58,839 bases of DNA from an uncultured virus (IMG/VR IMGVR_UViG_3300034073_005193) (taxonomy: Duplodnaviria > Heunggongvirae > Uroviricota > Caudoviricetes), in IMG/VR virus record IMGVR_UViG_3300034073_005193, positions 62,001-120,839 of that record; one strand, 5' to 3'. Of this stretch, positions 20,449-30,027 are shown piece by piece; within the stretch, counting starts at the first letter, position 1, and each line of letters begins with the position of its first letter. The notes below the pieces were generated by a model that made no database searches, had not been told where the DNA came from, and was given only the letters and a program-made list of their open reading frames with translations. The translations under genes and the position numbers were made by a program.

Positions 20449-20461
20449 ATTTAAGGATAAT

Positions 20462-21073
20462 ATGCCAAGAATTTTAGGATTAGACGCAAGCACTAGCACG
20501 ATAGGAATCTGCGTGTTAGACTTCACTTTGGATGGTAAGTTTGATTTAATTTTAGCTAATTATTATAAGCCGCCAAAGAAAGGTCATCCTATAGAAAAAT
20601 TAGCAATGACCAAGATGGCAATTGAAAAAATTATTGAAAAATATAACCCTGATCATATTGCACTAGAAGATATCATTTTGTTCATGAAAGGCAAGAGCAC
20701 TGCAAAAACCACTACTAGTCTAGCTGCTTTAAATAGAACCGTAGGTCTTGCAGTTTATGAAAAAACCACACGACCTCCCACGTTATTGAACGTCTTAACG
20801 ATTAGACATGCTATTAAAATAAGAGAAGTTCCAGACAAAGAAAAAATACCAGAAACAGTTGCTGAAAGATTGCAGATCCAATTTCCTTGGATTTTAAATA
20901 AAAATAATAAGCCCATACCTGAAAATTATGATATTGCAGATGGAATGGCGGTGGCGTTAGCATATGCATGTCTTGTCATAAATAATGATGGTAAATTTCC
21001 TCTAGATAAAGAATCTAGTATTAAGAAGGAAAAAAAGAAAAAGAAAAAGAAACAATTGCCAAAGAGTAAATAG
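20462..21073 (+). CDS. ruvC: RuvC-like Holliday junction resolvase
   Basis: RILGLDAS...G, IALE, DIADGMAVA acidic residues; AAGGA before ATG 20462. Confidence 0.85.
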   Translation: MPRILGLDASTSTIGICVLDFTLDGKFDLILANYYKPPKKGHPIEKLAMTKMAIEKIIEKYNPDHIALEDIILFMKGKSTAKTTTSLAALNRTVGLAVYEKTTRPPTLLNVLTIRHAIKIREVPDKEKIPETVAERLQIQFPWILNKNNKPIPENYDIADGMAVALAYACLVINNDGKFPLDKESSIKKEKKKKKKKQLPKSK

Positions 21074-21075
21074 CT

Positions 21076-21927
21076 ATGAATTATAAAAAGGCTCTTGAAT
21101 TATTAGAATTAACCGAGGGCTTTACTGAAGACCAATTAAAAAAACAATTTAGAAAATTAGCTGCCAAATATCATCCAGATATCAACAAAAGCTCTGATGC
21201 AGAGAAAAAATCAAAAGAAATTTCCGAAGCTTATAATTTTTTAAAAGATCCTAAAAACTGGAATATACCATCAAACAGATCTACTAACCCGGCTGGGTAT
21301 CATACTGTTAAAGTTAATATTTCAAGAAATAAACATAAAACCGTAAATATTGATGATTTATTTTCTGCAATAAAAATGAATTTTTTTAATGTACCTTCGA
21401 AAACAATAAAAGTCTCTTTAAGAGATGCGATTTTGGGGTGCAATGTCAAGACCAGTGTTGATTGGATAGAATCATGTGCCGAATGCCCAAAGGACAATTC
21501 TAAATGCCAACGATGCAATGGCACAAAGCAGGTCAAAAGATCTGGTAATTGGAATTTAACTTTAATTCCAGGTATTCAACATAATACTACTATTACTTTA
21601 GATAGAATTATTAATAATAAAAATTATAAATTTTCTTTTGTAATTTTAGTAGACGAGGACCCTAACTGCACTCGCCAGGGAAATGATATCTTTATTAAAA
21701 GGCAATTTTCTTTATTAGATGTTTTGCGAGGCGGAAAGTTTGAACTGGATACATTTACTAAAAAAATTCAGTTTAATTTAAATCCTGGAACTAAAAACAA
21801 TGATTTAGTTATAGTTAAAGATAGCGGTCTTCCTAACCATGGACACTATAAAATTATAGTCTTGGTTGATTACCCTAAAGACATAGATAAGTTAATTAAT
21901 TTCTTAGAGCAAAGTCAAGGTACTTAA
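21076..21927 (+). CDS. dnaJ: DnaJ-like co-chaperone
   Basis: J-domain with KYHPD; reduced zinc finger (CAEC, CQRCNG); DnaJ C-terminal domain (RQGNDI). Confidence 0.85.
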   Translation: MNYKKALELLELTEGFTEDQLKKQFRKLAAKYHPDINKSSDAEKKSKEISEAYNFLKDPKNWNIPSNRSTNPAGYHTVKVNISRNKHKTVNIDDLFSAIKMNFFNVPSKTIKVSLRDAILGCNVKTSVDWIESCAECPKDNSKCQRCNGTKQVKRSGNWNLTLIPGIQHNTTITLDRIINNKNYKFSFVILVDEDPNCTRQGNDIFIKRQFSLLDVLRGGKFELDTFTKKIQFNLNPGTKNNDLVIVKDSGLPNHGHYKIIVLVDYPKDIDKLINFLEQSQGT

Positions 21928-22262
21928 TGAGTTTTTTATTTCAATGCCCAAATAAAGATTGTAAAAAAGTTACAGAGCTAGTATTAGATCCTCAAACTAA
22001 CTTGGCTCATTGCAGTGATTGTGATTGTGAAATATCCGAAGTTACGTCTTTTGTTAAAAATTCTTTAAGAGGTATAAAAAAATTTCGAGACTCTAAAAAG
22101 AGAGCGGCTTCATTTGCTATGGCTTGCAAGAACTGCCATAAAAAAATGACTCCATTATTAATTAAAAATAATTTGCATTGCCCAGAGTGTAGAAATATGC
22201 ATGAAGTTTCTCCGCATTTTAAGAACGTTTTTATTTTAAATTTAAAACAAAATGAACACTAA
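21927..22262 (+). CDS. double zinc-ribbon protein
   Basis: CPNKDC, CSDC, CKNC, CPEC. Confidence 0.75.
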   Translation: MSFLFQCPNKDCKKVTELVLDPQTNLAHCSDCDCEISEVTSFVKNSLRGIKKFRDSKKRAASFAMACKNCHKKMTPLLIKNNLHCPECRNMHEVSPHFKNVFILNLKQNEH

Positions 22263-23043
22263 TAGTTTTATTAATAATTATATTTTAACTGATAAAATAT
22301 ACAAAGAAGTCATTGACAGATCTTACAATTTATTGTTTACAGAAAATGGAAAAACTACTTATAATTATATAAAATCAAGAGTTAGTGAAAAAATTATTAG
22401 AGATTATGAATTTGGATACTTTCCAAGCTCTTTAGATTTGAATCAATTGCAAATTGATTTCGATAATCTAAAGAAAGTTAAATTAATATTTCAAAAAAAT
22501 ATTAAAGATAATTTCAATACTATTATCTTTAATAGTTTTTTTGAAAATCATAATTTAATTTTTCCTATTAAAGATGAGTATAATAATGTTGTAGGTCTTA
22601 TAGGCAGAACGTTACTGTCAGAAAATGAATACAAATCTAAAGGCTTAGAAAAATATAAATACACTTTCTTTAGCAAAAGTCATATTTTATTTGGTTTAAA
22701 TAAGGCGAAAGAATCTATTGCCAATTATGGAACTGTAATTTTGGTAGAGGGTCAATTGGATTGCATTCAATTACAATCCAATGGAATATACAACGTCGTA
22801 GCCTTAGGCGGATTAGATATGCATTATTATCAATATTATCTATTAAAGAAATATGGAGGTAATAAATTAAAGATTTATGCATTGCTTGATAATGATGAAC
22901 GTGGACAGCAAGGGATTGTCAAGTTGCAGCAAAAATACAAAGAAAAAAATGAAATTAAAAAGCTTTCTTTGCCTGGTAATTATAAAGATATAGATGAGTA
23001 TATTAAAAATAAAAAAGATTTGACCTTTTTAGCAAATATATAA
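22252..23043 (+). CDS. dnaG: DnaG-type primase catalytic core (TOPRIM), no zinc finger
   Basis: FPI.D...VG..GR, KY, LFGL..A, LVEGQLD, VALGG, DND..G, KDIDE. Confidence 0.88.
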   Translation: MNTNSFINNYILTDKIYKEVIDRSYNLLFTENGKTTYNYIKSRVSEKIIRDYEFGYFPSSLDLNQLQIDFDNLKKVKLIFQKNIKDNFNTIIFNSFFENHNLIFPIKDEYNNVVGLIGRTLLSENEYKSKGLEKYKYTFFSKSHILFGLNKAKESIANYGTVILVEGQLDCIQLQSNGIYNVVALGGLDMHYYQYYLLKKYGGNKLKIYALLDNDERGQQGIVKLQQKYKEKNEIKKLSLPGNYKDIDEYIKNKKDLTFLANI

Positions 23044-23049
23044 GGATAT

Positions 23050-23523
23050 ATGGCTCGCCAAAGAGATTTTTCTACAAATAGAAGCAATAGTTATCAGTGG
23101 GTTATTATGGAAACACCTTTTGATTCTGATACTTTGTCTGATTTCTCAGACTCTCAAGGGTTTGCAGGTGTAATGAATGATGCAATTTATAAAGAAGAGC
23201 TAAAAGAATTAAATGAAAAATTAAAAGAAGAATATTGGAGAATTGTAGAAAATAATCTTACACCCAGACAACAGCAAGTTTTAAAATTGTTAGCTACCGG
23301 AATGACCCAAATAGATGTTGCTAAAGTTTTAAATGTAAATCAATCTTCTGTTACAAAATCGGTTCACGGAAACACTGATTACGGAAAGAAAAATGGAAAA
23401 AAAAGTAAAAAATCCTATGGCGGAGCCAATAAAAGAATCAAAAAATTAGTAGATAAAGACCCTAAAATTCAAGAAATATTGGCTAGAATTGCCGAGATAA
23501 AAGAAGAGTTAGAAGGTTTTTAA
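23050..23523 (+). CDS. LuxR/sigma-70 region 4 HTH protein
   Basis: LTPRQQQVLKLLATGMTQIDVAKVLNVNQSSV. Confidence 0.8.
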   Translation: MARQRDFSTNRSNSYQWVIMETPFDSDTLSDFSDSQGFAGVMNDAIYKEELKELNEKLKEEYWRIVENNLTPRQQQVLKLLATGMTQIDVAKVLNVNQSSVTKSVHGNTDYGKKNGKKSKKSYGGANKRIKKLVDKDPKIQEILARIAEIKEELEGF

Positions 23524-23587
23524 AAATATCTATTAATTCTAAAGTATAATCATAGCTATATTTTTTTATATAATTAGGAGTTGGTTA

Positions 23588-24067
23588 ATGTCTAGACCTT
23601 CAATAGATTACTCAAACTTAGAGAATGACTTAAATAAATCTAATAAAAAAGTTTTTAAATTATCAGATGTTCAACATAAAATTCGTAAAGTTGCATTTGA
23701 TGTTGTTAGATTTATTGATGGCTCTGATATTGAAGGCTTGTGGAAAATAGACAAGAATCAACAAGGAGAATATATTGTAGCTCTTTATGATGATTCTGTA
23801 GACTCTCTAGAAAAGACTGCATCTGATAAAACTGGATGGAAAGTTGTTTTATCAAAGCAAAATGATTTGCATGTCTTTTATAAAGAAGAGCCTATAATTA
23901 GATTAGCCAGCACTGATTTAGGTATTCCCGAAGAAGAAATGACGTTGGTTCCAACGTATCTTCCTAATAAACTAGCTAATAATTCGAAATTAGTTAGAGG
24001 GCTTTTAAATCAGTTGTCTGAATCTGAGCGTCAAGAATTGTATAAGAAATATCCTGAACTTGCTTGA
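23588..24067 (+). CDS. hypothetical head-region protein
   Basis: AGGAG RBS; contains LEKTAS. Confidence 0.75.
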   Translation: MSRPSIDYSNLENDLNKSNKKVFKLSDVQHKIRKVAFDVVRFIDGSDIEGLWKIDKNQQGEYIVALYDDSVDSLEKTASDKTGWKVVLSKQNDLHVFYKEEPIIRLASTDLGIPEEEMTLVPTYLPNKLANNSKLVRGLLNQLSESERQELYKKYPELA

Positions 24068-24081
24068 ATTTAGGAAAATAA

Positions 24082-25701
24082 ATGGATTTTAATCAATTAA
24101 ACAGTTTTATTTTAAAGACAGCAGAAGCAGTAAAAGAACAAGAAAGCTTTTTTACTGGAGTATTAGCTAAAAAAGCCGAGCAATTAGCTGAAGTTTTTCC
24201 TTACGATATTACGGTCGTAGGCATGTATAATTTCTTAAATAAAAGAGCTAATTCTCAATCGATGATTTCTCGCTCAGAATTAAAAAAGACATATAATACA
24301 CTGTATAGCAATAATAATAAATTTGCCACTTATTTTGCCGATGAATTAGGTACAAGCTCACAACAAGAAGCTAAACAAGTTGATGATAGAGAAGGGGAAG
24401 ACTTATTAGTTATTGCAAATAAAAATGTTGATTCTAATTTAGTTGATACTTTATCTTCATTATTTGATGGCGGTAAAAACGCCGTAATTAAAACGTACAC
24501 TAAGAAAGCTGCTGTCGCAGCTGAGAAGAATACAATTTATACATTAAATTCTTTAGGAATTCATCCTAAATTAGCAGAGGTAGTTGCTGGAAATGATGCA
24601 TGGTTGGTTTGCCGAGCTGCCTTTGAAACTCCAAAGGGAGAAACTTCTGCATTGGTACCAGTTGAAATAGTTGATGGTCAGCCCGTCCTTCCCAATTCAT
24701 TAGTCTCTTCGGAAGGTCTTATTGAATTAACTGCGTCCACTCTTTCTGATTACTTGACAAAAAATGCTGGAAAATTATTAAAAATTAATGCTGAGCAAGT
24801 ATTGAATTTTATTTCAAAGCAAGCCGAGCCATTATCTGAAGTTGAGCTTGCATTGTTCCGATTAAAAACAGCTTCGGGCAATGAAGTTGTTTTGGACGCA
24901 CCCGGAGTATTGCTACAAAATCCAAACCTTGACAGAGATGTCATTGATGTTCAAATGCCGTCATTTGAGGTTCCAGAAGAATATCAATCTGTTGGAGAAA
25001 GACTATCATCTAAAGCTGGTGAAGCCGAGTTAATTCATGGCAAGCAAGCAATTAATAAAGGCAGAGAATTAATCTTAAGAAAGCTATCTTCTTTTGGATA
25101 TCAAGCTCAGGTCGGAGTAGCATCATCAGATAAAGAAGGAATTGTTTACGCTGCTTCTATCGATGGAATTAGAGGTTTTAAAGTACCAGTAAAAATTGCT
25201 AATTCACAAGTGTTGCTTCCCACAATGGTTGTAACCGAAAGCTCTATTAAAGAGTTCTCACCAGAAGGCATTAGCGAAGTAATGCACGAATCTAATGATT
25301 TGCAAGCTATGGCAATGGCTTCGCCTCTCTATGACTTAAAGCCTCAAGAATTATTTGTAAGTTTAGCAGCTGCATTGCAAGAAGAGAATTTTGACAAAGC
25401 AGAAGATGCCTTGCATATTCTTAGAGAATCTGGAGATTCTCACTTTTATAATATGGCATTTAATATTTATAAGCAGGCTCTTAAAGGAGAATTTAACATT
25501 CAAAAGCAAGCCTCTTGTGGGTGCTCTCATCCAGTTAAAACAGCTAATAGCTCAAGCTTAATTTGTAGTCATACTGGACTAGCTGTAAACAAAGTTTATC
25601 AAGACAAGTTTGGTCAGTGCCGTCCATTGCACCGCAGAGGAATGGAGGATGGTTCTGAATCAGCGCATTTCGTAACCTCAAAAGTATATTGGAACTGCTG
25701 A
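24082..25701 (+). CDS. hypothetical head-region protein with C-terminal Cys/His cluster
   Basis: 539 aa; several KxA motifs; two similar beta segments (VPVEI..GQ..LP and VPVKI...Q..LP). Confidence 0.8.
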   Translation: MDFNQLNSFILKTAEAVKEQESFFTGVLAKKAEQLAEVFPYDITVVGMYNFLNKRANSQSMISRSELKKTYNTLYSNNNKFATYFADELGTSSQQEAKQVDDREGEDLLVIANKNVDSNLVDTLSSLFDGGKNAVIKTYTKKAAVAAEKNTIYTLNSLGIHPKLAEVVAGNDAWLVCRAAFETPKGETSALVPVEIVDGQPVLPNSLVSSEGLIELTASTLSDYLTKNAGKLLKINAEQVLNFISKQAEPLSEVELALFRLKTASGNEVVLDAPGVLLQNPNLDRDVIDVQMPSFEVPEEYQSVGERLSSKAGEAELIHGKQAINKGRELILRKLSSFGYQAQVGVASSDKEGIVYAASIDGIRGFKVPVKIANSQVLLPTMVVTESSIKEFSPEGISEVMHESNDLQAMAMASPLYDLKPQELFVSLAAALQEENFDKAEDALHILRESGDSHFYNMAFNIYKQALKGEFNIQKQASCGCSHPVKTANSSSLICSHTGLAVNKVYQDKFGQCRPLHRRGMEDGSESAHFVTSKVYWNC

Positions 25702-26471
25702 TGTTAGAATTATTAAAAAAGCTCGAAGAATTGCGTTGTTCTTTTTTAAATAGAGATCATGAAGTTCTTGATTTAGCAGAACGTGCAGGACCTGATATGT
25801 TACAGGCAATTGCAGGCTGCTTTATCGGTTGCGCTCAGTCAGTTGATGGTCTTGTAAAGGCTCACTCCTACAAGCTTGGAGAAGCGGAGAGAAAAGAATT
25901 TGAAGAATTTTGCAAAAACAAAAAAGAAGAAATTGGAGAAGTAGAAGAAGATTTAGTTGAAAAAGAAGTGACTCCAACAGATTTGGATGCAGTTGCCGCA
26001 CTAGCAGAAGAATTTTCAAAATCTGGCGATGCACTTTTGCGCAGACAGGCTTCTGTATTAGACCAGGTTTTATTGACGTTTGCAGTTCCAGAAGTAAGAA
26101 TGGAAGAAAAAAAAGCTTATGATGAAAAAATAGCTCAAATCAAAGAAAATTTAAAAAAAACTCCATCTGAAAAAAAAGCAAAAGTATCTTTTGATCCAAA
26201 GCAAGTAGCTGATGTTGTTGATAAAAATGTAAAAAAATATAATCCATTGGAAGCCCCATTAAAAACTAGAAATTGTATCGATCATCCGGGGCATCATTTA
26301 ATTAGAGTATCTGATGATGTATATCAATGCTCCTTAGACTATAAAGAATATAACTTTAAAAGCGGATACACTACATTAAGCGGTAATCAAGTCCCTGGAG
26401 GAGATGTTGCTCTTCAATCTCAAGTTCCCAGTTACAGTAATGTTCGAATGAGTTTTAATCCTGAAAAATAA
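25701..26471 (+). CDS. hypothetical protein with C-terminal zinc-binding motif
   Basis: TGATG coupling to the previous gene; RNCIDHPG...YQCSLD. Confidence 0.75.
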   Translation: MLELLKKLEELRCSFLNRDHEVLDLAERAGPDMLQAIAGCFIGCAQSVDGLVKAHSYKLGEAERKEFEEFCKNKKEEIGEVEEDLVEKEVTPTDLDAVAALAEEFSKSGDALLRRQASVLDQVLLTFAVPEVRMEEKKAYDEKIAQIKENLKKTPSEKKAKVSFDPKQVADVVDKNVKKYNPLEAPLKTRNCIDHPGHHLIRVSDDVYQCSLDYKEYNFKSGYTTLSGNQVPGGDVALQSQVPSYSNVRMSFNPEK

Positions 26472-26491
26472 TTTAACTTAACAGATATATT

Positions 26492-26527
26492 AATAAGCAG
26501 GGCAAAAGTTGCCCTGCTTATTTTTTT
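26492..26527 (+). terminator. rho-independent terminator
   Basis: TAAGCAGGGCAA-aag-TTGCCCTGCTTA followed by T7. Confidence 0.85.
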
Positions 26528-26535
26528 GGAGCTTT

Positions 26536-27252
26536 ATGGATTTTTCTATTATTTTAAATCATCCCAAGAGAAATGAAATTGTATCTAAATTATTAAATGG
26601 AATTTCCCCCAAAGAAATTTCAATCTGGTTAAAAACTTTATTCAATGATTCGGATGAAGCTCATCTTAGATTGAGTCAAAAAATAATTGAACAGTTTTCT
26701 AAAAGTGATTTTTTAAATTATGAAAAACATTTAAATTCAGATATTGCAGCTGCTCAAAATGGAGACGAAAAAGCATTAAATTCTTTAAAAAATAATAAAA
26801 CTTGGAAACAAAGAGTAGATTCTTTGTTGGAAGAAAAAGTTGATATTAAAGATAGATTAAATAAAATGGAATTATTGGTCAGGGATAGAATGGAACAAGT
26901 ATTTGATTCTATCCAAAATAATCCACAAGGTACAAGGGGAGACCATGTATTAATTAAATATTTTGAGCATTATTTAAAATTATTAGAGACATATAATAAA
27001 ACTATAAACCTTGCCCCCGATATGATTATTCAACATAATCACACTGTAGATTACATAGATAAAAGAACTGCTTTTCTTCAAGATTCTATTTATGAAATTT
27101 TAGAAGAAATGGATCCTGAATTTGCAACTATATTTTTAGATAAATTAAATCAAAAACTAGCAACATTACAATATAATGAAGAGGAGCCAAAACAAATTGG
27201 CATTTCAGAAATACAAAAATTAGAATATCAGGTAATATCTAGCGATGAATAA
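26536..27252 (+). CDS. hypothetical protein, candidate terminase small subunit
   Basis: GGAG before ATG 26536; N-terminal HTH-like HPKRNEIVSKLLNGISPKEISIWL followed by helices; lies upstream of TerL; function inferred. Confidence 0.45.
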   Translation: MDFSIILNHPKRNEIVSKLLNGISPKEISIWLKTLFNDSDEAHLRLSQKIIEQFSKSDFLNYEKHLNSDIAAAQNGDEKALNSLKNNKTWKQRVDSLLEEKVDIKDRLNKMELLVRDRMEQVFDSIQNNPQGTRGDHVLIKYFEHYLKLLETYNKTINLAPDMIIQHNHTVDYIDKRTAFLQDSIYEILEEMDPEFATIFLDKLNQKLATLQYNEEEPKQIGISEIQKLEYQVISSDE

Positions 27253-29077
27253 AATCAATAAAACAGCATATCCTCAAGGTCATGCCGATACCCACATTAA
27301 ATCTTATGATTTAAATAAATGGACGAAGACATCTCATGATATTTCTATTTATGCTAGACAGGGCTATGATTATAATAAAATAAAAGACGAATTAACAAAA
27401 AATTGGGACGAAATGGAAAAAAAAGATTTTGCACATTGGATGAAATACTATCAAAGCAATAGCCAGAACGCCTATAAAAAAGCACAATATCTTGAAGTTG
27501 CTCCTGGTGCTTTTGTTCCTGGTGCCATGCTTTCTAGTTCGCCCGATTTGAATGACTTAAAGACAAAAATTAAATTACCAGAAGAAGAAGATCCCCAATT
27601 TAAAATTAATAAAAAAATTAGATCTATTCTCAATAGATTAACCTCTGCTGAGAAACTTGCCACAGATCCGGATGTTCAAAGAGAATTATCCAAGCGATTA
27701 GATATTGGTTTGCATAAATGGCTTGAAGAATTACAAAGAGTAAAAAGATTAATACAAATTGCTCCTATTAAACACGCAAATTCTTCTATTTTAGAGGATT
27801 TAATTTTTAAAGAAGCAAATATATTGGCACACAAAGGTTTTCCCAAAACCGCACAAGAATTAATAAAAGTTGCACAACTTATTCCTACGCCCAAAGATCC
27901 TCAAGGATCCCCACCTGCCCCTGCGCCCGCTCCAAATCTTCCTGGTGGTCCCCCTGGTCCTCCTTTAGACATGCCTCCTCCGCCTGATGCACCTCCTGGC
28001 GCTCCTCCTGGTCCTGGTGTTCCTCCAGGCGGACCTCCTGGCGCACCCCCAGCACCTCCAGGCGGCGGGCTAATTCCCACCGATCCTAGCCAGCTTCCTC
28101 CGCTTAAACCAAATCCTCCAAAGCCTGCAGAAAAGCCAAAGCCCAAAGGGCAAGAAGCATTGGATGAAATGCTTGGCAATTTAAATTCAAATAAAAATAA
28201 AGATAATAATAATATCGTAGACCCTCTTGTAGATGATTTGGCAGGAATGACAATTCAAGCCAAAGAAGATGAGTTTGCTGAGATAGAAATTGTTGCTCAA
28301 GCTCTTCCTCCAGAAATGGCTACAACGCCTGTAGATGTTCCATTTTCAGCGCCATCAGCTATTCCTGTGCCATCCCCAGAACCAACTGGATTGCCAAATG
28401 CTAATCTTCCCGCATCAACTCCAGTAAAGGCTCCCCCTGCTTCAGCAGTTAAGCCTAAACCAACAATTGAAGTTTCTGAAGATGAAGATAAATTTGCAGA
28501 CACTGTAATTCATAAAAAGACAGATGACTTATTAGAAAGTGCTCTTTCTTCAATTACAATAACAGATGTAATTGAAAGACTAGATACTTTAGTTAACTTA
28601 TTTAGAACTAGAGAGATACCAAGACAATTAGCCATCATCGATCTTATGATGGATCAATTAAATTTAAGTTCATTCTTCCCAGGTCTAGCAGAAGCTTCTT
28701 CTAAAAGCTTGGAAAGCAATCAATATGCTCTTTCTCGTATTGAAGAAGTTTTATCTAAGCTCAAGGGCTCAATTAAAAATGACAAATCTAAAGAAATAGA
28801 TCTTTTAGGTCAAGAAGCATCTACATCTCCTGATGCACTTGATGTAGAAGGTGTTAGATCGAGTCTACAGTCCTTAGAAGATAAGGAGAAAGCAAGAAAA
28901 CAACAAAAGAAACAAGAGGAATTAGCAAAAATAGAAGAAGAAATTCCAGAAATAGAAGTAGAAGAAGACTTGGCGCAACCAGTAGAAATGCCTGCCAGCA
29001 TGACTGGAAGAACAGCTCCATTGGCTCCTCCAATTACGGCTCCAACGCCTCCAGCCGCAATCAGACCAACGATATAA
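27245..29077 (+). CDS. proline-rich hypothetical head-region protein
   Basis: 610 aa; two helical domains flank a P/G/A-rich linker. Confidence 0.8.
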   Translation: MNKINKTAYPQGHADTHIKSYDLNKWTKTSHDISIYARQGYDYNKIKDELTKNWDEMEKKDFAHWMKYYQSNSQNAYKKAQYLEVAPGAFVPGAMLSSSPDLNDLKTKIKLPEEEDPQFKINKKIRSILNRLTSAEKLATDPDVQRELSKRLDIGLHKWLEELQRVKRLIQIAPIKHANSSILEDLIFKEANILAHKGFPKTAQELIKVAQLIPTPKDPQGSPPAPAPAPNLPGGPPGPPLDMPPPPDAPPGAPPGPGVPPGGPPGAPPAPPGGGLIPTDPSQLPPLKPNPPKPAEKPKPKGQEALDEMLGNLNSNKNKDNNNIVDPLVDDLAGMTIQAKEDEFAEIEIVAQALPPEMATTPVDVPFSAPSAIPVPSPEPTGLPNANLPASTPVKAPPASAVKPKPTIEVSEDEDKFADTVIHKKTDDLLESALSSITITDVIERLDTLVNLFRTREIPRQLAIIDLMMDQLNLSSFFPGLAEASSKSLESNQYALSRIEEVLSKLKGSIKNDKSKEIDLLGQEASTSPDALDVEGVRSSLQSLEDKEKARKQQKKQEELAKIEEEIPEIEVEEDLAQPVEMPASMTGRTAPLAPPITAPTPPAAIRPTI

Positions 29078-29082
29078 ATTAA

Positions 29083-29808
29083 ATGAAATTAATTGAAGTA
29101 CTTGAATTAATTGACTTTACTGCACAAGAAAAAGGCTTGTCAAAGCCTTTTATTTGTGGAGGTTTGCCAAGAGATAAAATCATTTATAAATCAATGGATT
29201 TAAGCGATGTTGATATTACAAATGGTGATGCTACCATTCATCTCTTAGCAAAAGAAGTCTATTTAAAATTAAAGCAGTTTGGTGCCACATATGTTGTGAA
29301 AAGTGATGGTCATGCCACTATTATGATTGGGCTTGTTAAACTGGATTTTAGTTCTAATTTCATTTTGCCAAATTTAGAATTAATGTTTAATCAAAAAATG
29401 TCACCCCTACGACAAGAGTTAATTAGTAGAGATTTTACTTGTAATACAATGTTAATGTCGATGGATTTAAAAAAAGTTTATGATCCTTTAGGTGTTGCTG
29501 TAGATGCAATCATGAGAAAAGAAATTGACACTAATTTGGGTCCTGAAATTACATTAAGAGCATCTCCAAATAGAGCTGTAAGAGTTATCTATCTTTCTTC
29601 TAAATTAAATTTTAAATTATCTGAAAGATTAGAAAATTGGATTATTAATAATAAAGATATATTTTTACAAATAAAACCAAAATATATAGTAGAAAAAATT
29701 AACAAAGGAATGAGCTATAATAGCGAAAATACTATTAATTTAATTAAAAAATTACAAATAGAAAATTACATCCCATTAAATTATCAAAATTTTAAAGGGA
29801 TCTTGTGA
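29083..29808 (+). CDS. class II tRNA nucleotidyltransferase/poly(A) polymerase head-neck protein
   Basis: GGLPRD, DVD, SRDFTCN, YDPLG, PNRAVR motifs. Confidence 0.85.
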   Translation: MKLIEVLELIDFTAQEKGLSKPFICGGLPRDKIIYKSMDLSDVDITNGDATIHLLAKEVYLKLKQFGATYVVKSDGHATIMIGLVKLDFSSNFILPNLELMFNQKMSPLRQELISRDFTCNTMLMSMDLKKVYDPLGVAVDAIMRKEIDTNLGPEITLRASPNRAVRVIYLSSKLNFKLSERLENWIINNKDIFLQIKPKYIVEKINKGMSYNSENTINLIKKLQIENYIPLNYQNFKGIL

Positions 29809-30026
29809 GCAGAAGACAAGATTTAGATGTCAGACCCTTCCCGAATCCGGTAAGAAAAAATTATGATTATGGGGAAGGGCTATATTTTGGAAAAATGGAC
29901 AAATTTAAAAGCGTTAGAGATTATTTAAATAAAAGAAAACGTAAAAAAATAAATAAAAAAAGTTTACATGAATTAGTTGAGCAAATTGAAATCTTCTCTC
30001 AAGAAGTCTTAAACTTACAAAAGTAA
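29805..30026 (+). CDS. small basic hypothetical protein
   Basis: GTGA overlap with the previous gene. Confidence 0.65.
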   Translation: MSRRQDLDVRPFPNPVRKNYDYGEGLYFGKMDKFKSVRDYLNKRKRKKINKKSLHELVEQIEIFSQEVLNLQK

Positions 30027-30027
30027 C

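Noticed and set aside
791..23043. Bacterial (for example CPR) chromosome, given infC, def, tig, dnaE, recA and dnaJ
   Set aside because: No rpmI/rplT after infC and no clpPX after tig; divergent RecA, gp32-like SSB and same-strand continuity into terminase, portal and protease favour a jumbo phage.
27901..28179. Gly-rich collagen-like ORF on the minus strand
   Set aside because: Antisense shadow of the Pro-rich tract in 27245..29077.
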